From an uncultured Candidatus Saccharibacteria bacterium (GTDB lineage: Bacteria > Patescibacteriota > CPR2_A > CAYFQT01): 54,994 bases of DNA. Positions 1 to 7,909 of the stretch are shown here, piece by piece. The position numbers and the translations under genes are program-made. The stretch is taken from positions 1 through 54,994 of the forward strand of contig CAYFQT010000041.1 of assembly GCA_964345445.1 (NCBI GenBank), read 5' to 3'. The notes beneath the pieces were generated by a model, which was given only the letters and a program-made list of their open reading frames with translations, ran no database searches and was not told the DNA's origin. Position 1 is the stretch's first letter. Each line of letters begins with the position of its first letter.

Positions 1-70
1 GCCTAATCAAGCGTTAGTGTTCCACCAATGTCATTCCTCAAATACTTCTGCAAGTTTCACTATCTCCTCA

Positions 71-127
71 AGGTTCGAATAGTGCCTATCAAAGGGAGTT
101 CCGCTTAAATGCCTGTTCAAAGGCATT
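71..127 (+). repeat. Cassette-boundary direct repeat, copy 1 (45-bp core 71-115 plus hairpin)
   Basis: Core AGGTTCGAATAGTGCCTATCAAAGGGAGTTCCGCTTAAATGCCTG, running into hairpin AATGCCT-N6-AGGCATT; core identical to copy 3. Confidence 0.95.
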
Positions 128-428
128 ATTTGTTGTACCCCCCAGACCGGCCTTCGAACTTTTTTTTGACGGATAGGATTTGTAATACCCCATATAAGCT
201 GGTAAGATGATAAATGAACCTCGATTTACTTTGTTTTGTCAAAGGGAAAACCCCTTCGATGTAGAAATATTCAATTCAAGGGGAACCCACAAGACAGAGC
301 TTGTAATCAGACTTTGATTTTCTATTCTTCTTAAGGGGACCTCACCACTTATTAAATCAATTGAAATAACTGCCATCTTAGGGTCGAGAGGTGGTGATTT
401 AAAGCAAATTAAACAATTGGAATAATAT

Positions 429-1067
429 ATGAATAAAAAAATAATCTATGTACTAATTGCTGTCCTATTTGCAGGAGTCGGTACAGCAGGAGGTTATTTT
501 TATCAATACAATAAATCACAAAAAGAGATTGATAACCTGCAAAAAGAAAAACAAAACCAACAAAAACAAATAGAAGCTTTACAAAAAGAGATTGAGGATT
601 TGAAGAAAGAAAAGGAGGTTTTGGAGCAGACGGCTGATTGGGAAACTTATAGGAATGGTGAATTAGGGTACGAAGTAAAGTATCCTGCTGAATTCGTTTA
701 TGAGGAGAATACCGAAAAAGCAACAACAGCTTTCTTTGAAAAGCAACTTAAAGATATTACAGATCATGGTGCAATGCCACATATTAGTGTGACAGTCTAT
801 GATAATCCAGAGGAATTGTCGTTTGATGATTGGCTCGCTAAAAATGCAGATATCTTCCCAAATCTCGAATCAAAAGAAAGAATCGAGGGAAACAAGGGAG
901 AGAGTTATAGTATTACTTATAAACTGATGCCGGCATATGTAAGTACCTGTTACTTTATTCTCGATGAATCTAGAATATATGCAATTGAAGTTTTTACCAT
1001 TGGCTCAGATTTTGATCTAAAAGGAGTATACGATCAGATGGTGAGTACTTTCAAAACATATCAATAA
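429..1067 (+). CDS. Membrane-anchored protein with coiled coil and PsbP-like C-terminal domain
   Basis: N-terminal TM helix, Q/K/E coiled coil, WETYRNGELGYEVKYP motif typical of PsbP-related proteins. Confidence 0.7.
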   Translation: MNKKIIYVLIAVLFAGVGTAGGYFYQYNKSQKEIDNLQKEKQNQQKQIEALQKEIEDLKKEKEVLEQTADWETYRNGELGYEVKYPAEFVYEENTEKATTAFFEKQLKDITDHGAMPHISVTVYDNPEELSFDDWLAKNADIFPNLESKERIEGNKGESYSITYKLMPAYVSTCYFILDESRIYAIEVFTIGSDFDLKGVYDQMVSTFKTYQ

Positions 1068-1148
1068 AACTATTGCGTTCACCAAGAAATTCCAAGTATG
1101 TTTCTCTATTAAGTGTAAATAATATAGTTTGCGAAGGGGGCGATTTTC

Positions 1149-3038
1149 TTGACAAGAGCAAGTAAGTGTGTCCGATCTAGGCAATTAGTTCTTTTTCTTG
1201 CTTTTTTGGCTTTGTTTGTGACTGTTATTCTATTCTCACCGTTACTTCCTTTAACCGGAAATATGGCACATGCAGGTGAAGCAGAACGGCTAAACCCAGA
1301 AGGTGAAATAGCCTGGGCAAAGGATCACGTCGGGAAAACTGGTTGGTACACTCCTGGCGGTGAATGGCAAGAGTCTATTGACAACAATGGTATTGGTTGG
1401 TGTGCAAGATTTGTTGCCAATGCGTATATGACAGAGGGCGCAGGCGGCAATGCCAAGGATTTGAAAAACTACAATGGTTGTATTTTTCACCCAGGTGATT
1501 CCTATTGGAATGCACCAAAAGGTGCTTTACTGTTTTTTGATTTAACTGAGTGGGGTCATGTGGGCCTATATATTGGTGATGGCAAAGTCATCCATGCAGG
1601 CTATTCAGATGTTGTACTAGAATCAGATGTTTCGGATATTGGCAACTACTCGGGTTGGGGATACCCGCCACCAAATACTTGGGAAGGACGTCCTGATCCA
1701 ATCCCCCCACCCCCATCCGTTAATCTCAATGAACCCAAATTACTCTCACGCTCTTCGTTAGAGCTGTCTTGGTCAAAAGTTCCAGATGAATATGAACACT
1801 TCAAGAGCTATGAAATCCGGCGAGCAACTCATTCTATCATCACTAGAGAGAACAGTGATTTGGTGGCAGAGATTACTGATAGAGCCATAGTGAGTTATCA
1901 AGACCTAAACCTTACTCCAGAGACAACCTATTACTACAAGGTGTTTGTTGTGAATACAGCAGATCAAGCTTCTGAAAGCAATGAAGTAAAAATGTTGACT
2001 GCAATTCTTCAGTACGAAGATGACGATTTGGTGCTTCAGATCCGAAGATATGTATATCAGGGATGGAAAGATATTTTGAGTTACGGTTCTGAATTGAACT
2101 TACTCTTTCCATATGATCAAACCTACTATTTAAACATTGAGTGGCATGACCTTGAATCCGATGAATGGTTCTTTGAATTTCAACCTCCCCCAGGAAGTTC
2201 ATTTCAAGGCCAACATATTGAAGTCTCTCATTGGCGTACTGCGGGTGAATCCTATGACCCGATCGGAAATAGCAGTCACGGTAGGCATCTCTACAGGCAG
2301 AATGGCGAGTACGACACAAGCATTGGGCAATTCAAGTATGACAAGCTACACTTCACCATCAGAGATAGTAGTCTTCAAATAGTAGAATCAATGATGTTTG
2401 ACATATTGTTTCCGCGAGATGGTGAGTGGCGTTATTACAAATACAAAGACAGATTCATTAGTCAACCGCCGGCAGTAATTATTAATCCCTTTCCCGACGA
2501 TATTACAGAGACAACAATTCCAACCATTACAGGCAAAGTTGAAGACCCTGATGATCCTATAATGTCAATTGAGTATCAAATTGACGGAACTGAAGGTGAG
2601 TGGACCTATTTGGATACTCTAGACATAACATCTGGTTGGCTGGGTATCTCTAAAGAAATAGAATTCTCATTTGATACTCCAGAGCTAGCATATGGTGGCC
2701 ATACTATCTATATAAGAGCAACAGACAAAGCTGGAAATAAGACTGTATCGGAATACTCCTTCACCCTCTGGCAGCGCATTTTTGAAGATCAAGCAAGCGG
2801 AAATGCCTTCCGCATTAATCCAGATATTGGAAAGCTTGAGTTTGTCACTGAAGAAGGGAGTATATTCAAAGCACAAGATATTGAGATCAAGTCCAAAGGG
2901 CCTGTTTTGATCATCCAATACCGATCAGATGAGTTTGATCTGGTCGCCGTCTACAATCCTTTGGTGGATTTTTGCAGCGCAAGATTGTCTACACCATCAG
3001 GTTCTTATTTGGTCTTTGATCCACCAGGATTTGACTGA
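1149..3038 (+). CDS. Secreted NlpC/P60 (CHAP-like) cysteine peptidase/amidase with FN3 and Ig-like domains
   Basis: Signal peptide; WCARFV...GHVGLY...VIHA Cys-His-His; Pro linker; FN3 (LTPETTYYYKVFVVN); Ig-like GHTIYIRATDKAGN; visibly higher GC than flanks. Confidence 0.8.
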   Translation: MTRASKCVRSRQLVLFLAFLALFVTVILFSPLLPLTGNMAHAGEAERLNPEGEIAWAKDHVGKTGWYTPGGEWQESIDNNGIGWCARFVANAYMTEGAGGNAKDLKNYNGCIFHPGDSYWNAPKGALLFFDLTEWGHVGLYIGDGKVIHAGYSDVVLESDVSDIGNYSGWGYPPPNTWEGRPDPIPPPPSVNLNEPKLLSRSSLELSWSKVPDEYEHFKSYEIRRATHSIITRENSDLVAEITDRAIVSYQDLNLTPETTYYYKVFVVNTADQASESNEVKMLTAILQYEDDDLVLQIRRYVYQGWKDILSYGSELNLLFPYDQTYYLNIEWHDLESDEWFFEFQPPPGSSFQGQHIEVSHWRTAGESYDPIGNSSHGRHLYRQNGEYDTSIGQFKYDKLHFTIRDSSLQIVESMMFDILFPRDGEWRYYKYKDRFISQPPAVIINPFPDDITETTIPTITGKVEDPDDPIMSIEYQIDGTEGEWTYLDTLDITSGWLGISKEIEFSFDTPELAYGGHTIYIRATDKAGNKTVSEYSFTLWQRIFEDQASGNAFRINPDIGKLEFVTEEGSIFKAQDIEIKSKGPVLIIQYRSDEFDLVAVYNPLVDFCSARLSTPSGSYLVFDPPGFD

Positions 3039-3098
3039 TTGCGTACTGGATATGCAAGCACCTATTTGAATATATTCTCAAGTTTGAGCACTTCCTCA

Positions 3099-3160
3099 AG
3101 GTTCGAATAGTGTCTATCAAAGGGAGTTCCGCTTAAATGCCTGTACAGAGGCATTTTTTT
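3099..3160 (+). repeat. Cassette-boundary direct repeat, copy 2 (core 3099-3143 plus hairpin and T-tract)
   Basis: 44/45 identical to copies 1 and 3; AAATGCCT..AGGCATTT followed by a T run; starts ~60 bp after the 3038 stop. Confidence 0.95.
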
Positions 3161-3329
3161 GCAATTGCCAGAAGCATTATTCAAATTTTTGATTAGGTCT
3201 TGTTTTTCATAGATATCTATATCTTGATATATTCTCGCATGTGACCTGAACTCTTGTAATGTTTCCTGTAAATGGCATAATGGAATTGTTATTTTGAAAA
3301 AACAATCTTCTAAAACTAGGCAAAAAGTC

Positions 3330-4622
3330 ATGAATAAACAAGAGTATAGAAAAATAAAAATATCTCAATTGAAGAAAACATCACTTAGGAAGTTGTTAAA
3401 AGATATTGGAAAAGATTTAGAGACAAAAAATGAAAAATTTAAGGATTGGTTAGCCGAAAATATTTTCGAAAAGTTGTTCGAAAAACTGTTTCAAGAAAAG
3501 TTGTTTAGAGAAATCTGCGATTTAGCTGGTAAATTAGAGGAACCACATCTAATAATAAGCGATTGCTTGTTTGAAGTGGCTTATTCTTTTAATGAAACCG
3601 ACAACACAGATAGGGCAGAATTTTTTTATAATAAGTGTCTAAAACTCTATGGGGAATCACCAGCGGTACTAAACAACTTAGGAGTAATTTTCGAGAAACG
3701 CGGTGATTTAGAAAAATCAAGAGCGTCTTTTCAAAAAGCAAAAGAACTTAATCCTGAAGAAAAACTCTTTAGGGATAATTATAGCCGTGTTAAGGAAGCA
3801 ATAGTCAAAGCTCAACAAGACGAAAAGGATTTAGAAAATGCTCTCCGCTCATTCAAAACGGAGAATTCATATATCCAGAATAAGTTTTTAATATTTTGTA
3901 GTAACAAAAGAACCGATGGTCTAATAACATGTTCTTACCGACAACTTCCTCAATTCCTACAAATTTCTGCACAGAAAGCACCAGATGTCATAAAAGACTG
4001 GATGAGTAAAAAATATGTTTCAAAAATCATGAATCCGGACCCGAGTGTTAGTGTAAGTGTTTATAAGGTTAACCCTTATATAGAAAAACATTTGAGTATT
4101 ATTGAAGATAGTTTGAAGAAGGAGAAAGAATTACTGGATATTTGTAACAATCTAAATACAGCTTCGTTAGATTTAATCGGCTATAACTCAACTCTTGAAA
4201 ACCAACTGGATAAAATATCAAATCAAGAGTTAAGGAAAATGCTAGAGAGAGATCTTAAGGAAAATGCAATAGCTATAATTACAAAGTCTTTTAAATCATC
4301 GTTAGTTTTGAGTGGTAGTATTATAGAGGCAGTTTTATTTGATAGATTAAAAGCAAATAACGTAAAGACCGTGGAAATAAATAGAGGCAAAAAGAAGATA
4401 AGAAAGAAATTGGAAGATTTGGATCTAAATGAATTACTAAAAGCAGCAAAGAGTAATGAAATAATTGAAGATCCTCTATTGCATTTATCTCACGGTGCAA
4501 GAGGATTTAGAAATCTGATTCATCCAGGAGTAGAGTATAGAAAGAAAAGTATAGAAGTTACGCAAGATAATGCAAATCTAATCTGGTCGATAGTAAAGAA
4601 AGTATTATTTGAGATTAAATGA
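3330..4622 (+). CDS. TPR-repeat protein with C-terminal HEPN-like (DUF4145-like) domain, candidate defence nuclease
   Basis: TPR (AVLNNLGVIFEKRGDLEKSRASFQKAKELNP); C-terminal SGSIIEAVL and RNLIHP (Rx4H-type) motif; ATG 3330 preferred over TTG 3294. Confidence 0.65.
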   Translation: MNKQEYRKIKISQLKKTSLRKLLKDIGKDLETKNEKFKDWLAENIFEKLFEKLFQEKLFREICDLAGKLEEPHLIISDCLFEVAYSFNETDNTDRAEFFYNKCLKLYGESPAVLNNLGVIFEKRGDLEKSRASFQKAKELNPEEKLFRDNYSRVKEAIVKAQQDEKDLENALRSFKTENSYIQNKFLIFCSNKRTDGLITCSYRQLPQFLQISAQKAPDVIKDWMSKKYVSKIMNPDPSVSVSVYKVNPYIEKHLSIIEDSLKKEKELLDICNNLNTASLDLIGYNSTLENQLDKISNQELRKMLERDLKENAIAIITKSFKSSLVLSGSIIEAVLFDRLKANNVKTVEINRGKKKIRKKLEDLDLNELLKAAKSNEIIEDPLLHLSHGARGFRNLIHPGVEYRKKSIEVTQDNANLIWSIVKKVLFEIK

Positions 4623-4681
4623 TATCAGGTCTACCACCAGATGCTTATTAAAAAACTTTTACTAACTCTTCAAGCATCTCC

Positions 4682-4742
4682 AGGTTCGAATAGTGCCTAT
4701 CAAAGGGAGTTCCGCTTAAATGCCTGCATGAAGGCATTTTTT
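4682..4742 (+). repeat. Cassette-boundary direct repeat, copy 3 (core 4682-4726 plus hairpin and T-tract)
   Basis: Core identical to copy 1; starts ~60 bp after the 4622 stop. Confidence 0.95.
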
Positions 4743-4846
4743 GGTTTATAATCAAGGGTAGTGAATCTCATCTTCAAGGTGGAAAAATATTCATTTGAGC
4801 CTTTTTAATTTTGTGGTATAATAAAATAAATAAAAGGGGGAGTAAT

Positions 4847-5005
4847 ATGGAAAATATGGAACAGAATCCTAAAAAACAAAGCCAGGAACCAGAAAAGAAA
4901 AAAGGATTATGCGGCAAATGTCCTTTTAATATTGGTTTTCCAATGTGCATCTGCTGTATAGGTATTATTGCCGTTGCTGTATATTTTATTTTAATTCGAA
5001 AATAA
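4847..5005 (+). CDS. Small Cys-rich protein with C-terminal TM helix
   Basis: GGGGGAG RBS before ATG 4847; TATAAT at 4817; hydrophobic C-terminus. Confidence 0.6.
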   Translation: MENMEQNPKKQSQEPEKKKGLCGKCPFNIGFPMCICCIGIIAVAVYFILIRK

Positions 5006-5076
5006 TTCAGACTATAAAATCCACAAGATAAGTTCGAAGTTCTTCTTATTCTTCGCCAAGGCTGTGAAGATGGATC

Positions 5077-5091
5077 CCACCTCGGAGGTGG
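5077..5091. repeat. REP-like palindrome CACCTC(C/G)GAGGTG (also at 9674, 20148, 21860, 37552)
   Basis: Five dispersed intergenic copies. Confidence 0.75.
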
Positions 5092-5107
5092 AAAATCTAT
5101 CCCCACT

Positions 5108-5135
5108 AAAATGGCTATTTTTAGCCATTTTTTTG
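5108..5135 (+). terminator. Intrinsic terminator AAAATGGCTA..TAGCCATTTT (related copies at 12755 and 15584)
   Basis: Hairpin plus T-tract directly upstream of a TTGACA promoter. Confidence 0.7.
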
Positions 5136-5365
5136 TTTTCCCAAAAAAACTCTTGACAGTTTATAATGTTTTTGTTATTATTTACCTTCAACTGAACATT
5201 AAAAAAATCAATAATTTTTCAGATAATTTTTTACTTTGTAAACCTTATTAGGAAAAGAAAGAATAATAAATCAATAAAAGGGAGGTGAAATATAAGAATT
5301 ATTTAGTAAGTTAGTTGATTAGCAGAAAAGAATTGATGATAAAAAGAAAGGGGTTGTATTTTGAA

Positions 5366-6385
5366 ATGATAACACTTCTAAAGATTATACTTGTGTTGCT
5401 TGCCACTGTTCCCTGGATAATCAAGGCTGTTAGAGGTTATAAAATTGAATGGGACGATAAAGGCCACTTAAAAGATATAAAACTTCCTGGATTTGGTCGA
5501 TGGATGATAGCAGCTGCTGCAGGGTTTCTTATTAGTATTATTATTGTAAATTCATTTGTGATCATTCCCAGAGGCCATCGTGGAGTAGTGTTCTCCTTAG
5601 GAATTGGAGTTGAAAAAAGAGTATTACCTGAAGGGTTCTCTATTATTGTGCCTGTATATGAAAGAGTAGAAACATACAACGTCCAAAGAAGTACAGTATT
5701 GTATGAAATGCAAGAAAATAATGCAGCAGCTTCATCAGACATACAGGATGTCTATGCAAATATTAAAGTAACCTATCGCCCCATCCCGACTAAAGTTAAT
5801 ATTTTATGGCAAGAGGTGGGGGATCGGAAGTCATTTGAGAAAAAGATTTTAGAGGTTGAGACTATTCAAGTAGTGAAAGCGGTAATCCCTGCTTATGATG
5901 CTCAAGAAATTATTCCTAAAAGAGAGGAAATCAGAGAGAAAGTTCTTGATAAGCTAAATAATAGAAAAGCTTTGAACAGATATGTAGAAGTTTTTTCGAT
6001 ATCTTTAAAAAACATAGATTTCCGTAAACAGTTTCGCAACCTCCTGGAAGAAAAGGCAGAAAAGAGCCAAGAACTACAAATTGCTGAACGGAAAGTTGCT
6101 ATAGCCGAACAAAAAAAGTTGAGAAGAATTAAAGATGCCGAAGGAATATCTGAATCTAGGAAGATACGTGCTGATGGGGAAGCTTATCAAAATAGAGTTT
6201 TAGCTGAGTCAGTTACTGAAAGATCATTAGAATCCAGAAAGGTTGATGTTCTGGAAACATTATCTGAGAAATGGAATGGAACTTTTCCAGAAACCTGGAC
6301 GAATATTGGTGCTCCAGGAATGCCTTTACCTCTTTTGAGTATCAATGAATTAATGGAAAGTACTATAAAAGAAGATAACAAATAA
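5366..6385 (+). CDS. SPFH/Band 7 (prohibitin-like) membrane protein
   Basis: Two N-terminal TMs, FVIIPRGHRGVVF, LPEGFSIIVP, C-terminal coiled coil and KWNG; ATG 5366 after GGGG. Confidence 0.85.
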   Translation: MITLLKIILVLLATVPWIIKAVRGYKIEWDDKGHLKDIKLPGFGRWMIAAAAGFLISIIIVNSFVIIPRGHRGVVFSLGIGVEKRVLPEGFSIIVPVYERVETYNVQRSTVLYEMQENNAAASSDIQDVYANIKVTYRPIPTKVNILWQEVGDRKSFEKKILEVETIQVVKAVIPAYDAQEIIPKREEIREKVLDKLNNRKALNRYVEVFSISLKNIDFRKQFRNLLEEKAEKSQELQIAERKVAIAEQKKLRRIKDAEGISESRKIRADGEAYQNRVLAESVTERSLESRKVDVLETLSEKWNGTFPETWTNIGAPGMPLPLLSINELMESTIKEDNK

Positions 6386-6437
6386 AGATTCTTCAAAGAA
6401 ATCTCCTAATTCTTAAAGACAAAGCATAACAACATAT

Positions 6438-6490
6438 TACTCCTGTTGGGATATACAGATTGAAAGTCTTAATCCCAGCAGGAGTTTTTT
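6438..6490 (+). terminator. Large-loop intrinsic terminator
   Basis: ACTCCTGTTGGGAT...ATCCCAGCAGGAGT followed by a T-tract. Confidence 0.75.
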
Positions 6491-6507
6491 GTTTGATCCA
6501 GCTTGGC

Positions 6508-6566
6508 TAGACAAGTCAAGTTTAACTTAACAGATGGTTTTTGATATAATAAGATCAGATATTCTG
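6508..6566 (+). promoter_or_regulatory. Sigma70 promoter module, homologous to 12782-12840
   Basis: 51/59 identical by hand alignment; TTAACA/TTGACA-17-TATAAT. Confidence 0.75.
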
Positions 6567-6608
6567 GGAAAAATCTCAGGGTAAAATAAAAACGTTCTTT
6601 AAAAAGGA

Positions 6609-6983
6609 GTGGTGAAATTGAGAAAAAGAGACGATTCAGTGGCTAAATTATTTGAAAAATCCAAAGAAAATTTACTTCTATCCTTTCAAGCAAGCAATAC
6701 TTATGAAAAATTTAAAAAAGTTCGGAATATCCTAAATCAAAAAATAGATGTCAAAATTGATTATGAAATTAAAAATTGCAATATTATTTATAGCATATCT
6801 ACCAAACCTATTGGAGGCAATTCCTCTAGAATAGGTCAAATTGTTTGTTTTTGGATTGAAGATATAAAAGATTGGAAAGTGATTTTTCAAAGATTCTCTG
6901 ACTTAAAATATCATAAAGATACTCTTAATAATTGTTGGTCTGAAATTGTTAATATTTTGGGGAAAGAAAACACAACATATTAA
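6609..6983 (+). CDS. Hypothetical protein
   Basis: ORF behind GGAGTGGTGA; true start may be TTG 6618. Confidence 0.55.
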   Translation: MVKLRKRDDSVAKLFEKSKENLLLSFQASNTYEKFKKVRNILNQKIDVKIDYEIKNCNIIYSISTKPIGGNSSRIGQIVCFWIEDIKDWKVIFQRFSDLKYHKDTLNNCWSEIVNILGKENTTY

Positions 6984-7023
6984 GATTAATGTTTTGACAA
7001 TAAGAAGAAAGGGGATAAAAAGG

Positions 7024-7476
7024 ATGGAACAGAACTCAAAAGAAGAAGATATAATCAAAAAAACAATTAAAGAAATAGAAGGATATTTTAGAGAGCCGGA
7101 TCCCTTAATTACAGTGGCGGCATTTTTGGCTTATTCAAATGTGGATTCTTTCCCAGCCGACAGAAAATTTCTGCATAATTTTGTAAACAAAGCAAGGAGA
7201 GATGAAAAGTTCAAAAAATTACTGGGAGATTTTGCCTTTTCTAAAGTAGATATTTATCCATTTTCCCATTTTTTCGAGGAAATTATTAGTTCTTTAAAAC
7301 TCTGTGGTTTTTTGGTGAATATCCGTTCTGTGCCTCGTAGCTTTAAAATTCCTGAGGGTGATGGTGAAGAAGTAAAAGAAAAAGTAGAACAGCGGTTTAG
7401 CAAAAATAAAGAATTTATCCAATGTATAAAAGAACTGGGAGAAAGATTCGGAGAATATGTAAAGTCCTATACATAA
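7024..7476 (+). CDS. Hypothetical protein
   Basis: ATG 7024 preceded by AAGGGGA; no recognised motif. Confidence 0.65.
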   Translation: MEQNSKEEDIIKKTIKEIEGYFREPDPLITVAAFLAYSNVDSFPADRKFLHNFVNKARRDEKFKKLLGDFAFSKVDIYPFSHFFEEIISSLKLCGFLVNIRSVPRSFKIPEGDGEEVKEKVEQRFSKNKEFIQCIKELGERFGEYVKSYT

Positions 7477-7909
7477 AAACGTATATCTATTCTATAAAGC
7501 AAAACCTATATTCTTGCTCTAAAGTAAAATCACAACTGTATTTTGAATGATAGAAAAACCTATACCGTATTGACGAAAGTCAATTCTGATGGTGAAAAAA
7601 TCAAGAATAAAATTAATATGGGTAGAAAGAAAAGGAAAATAAATATAACTAAAAAAATAAGAACTATTAAGGCGGAAGTTCAATATGTTAAAAAGCTTGG
7701 ATTTCCGCCATTTTTTTTCCAAAAAAATAGCCTTGACAAATGATTTTTAAGGGAGTATATTGAAATATCCTATTTTTTCAGAGTAAAATCAGCTCTTTTA
7801 AAACTTAAAAGGATGGTGAGTAAAGAATGAAAACTCAGACTGGAAAAATCAGTAAAATGTTCTAGAAAAATCTAGGACAAAGTTTCTCTTTGAGAAAGGG
7901 TGAAAGAAA

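Noticed and set aside
240..350. Loose AAGGG(G)A..CC motifs after repeat copy 1
   Set aside because: Short, irregularly spaced and not clearly above background.
3062..3331. 89-aa minus-strand ORF as an intact gene
   Set aside because: Only the last ~25 codons are shared with the other repeat copies; the upstream part overlaps the TPR gene's promoter region and is not conserved.
71..4726. 45-bp repeats as a CRISPR array, canonical attC sites or tRNA genes
   Set aside because: Spacers are 1.5-3 kb; there are no RYYYAAC/GTTRRRY ends; only a T-loop-like GGTTCGAAT is present and no cloverleaf forms.
4774..5106. 110-aa minus ORF as the missing recombinase
   Set aside because: Antisense to a gene with clear promoter and RBS, runs through a REP palindrome, has no recombinase motifs, and stops before the repeat.
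7543..7743. 66-aa ORF and its antisense partner 7519-7722
   Set aside because: They run through a terminator and the next promoter and lack an RBS.
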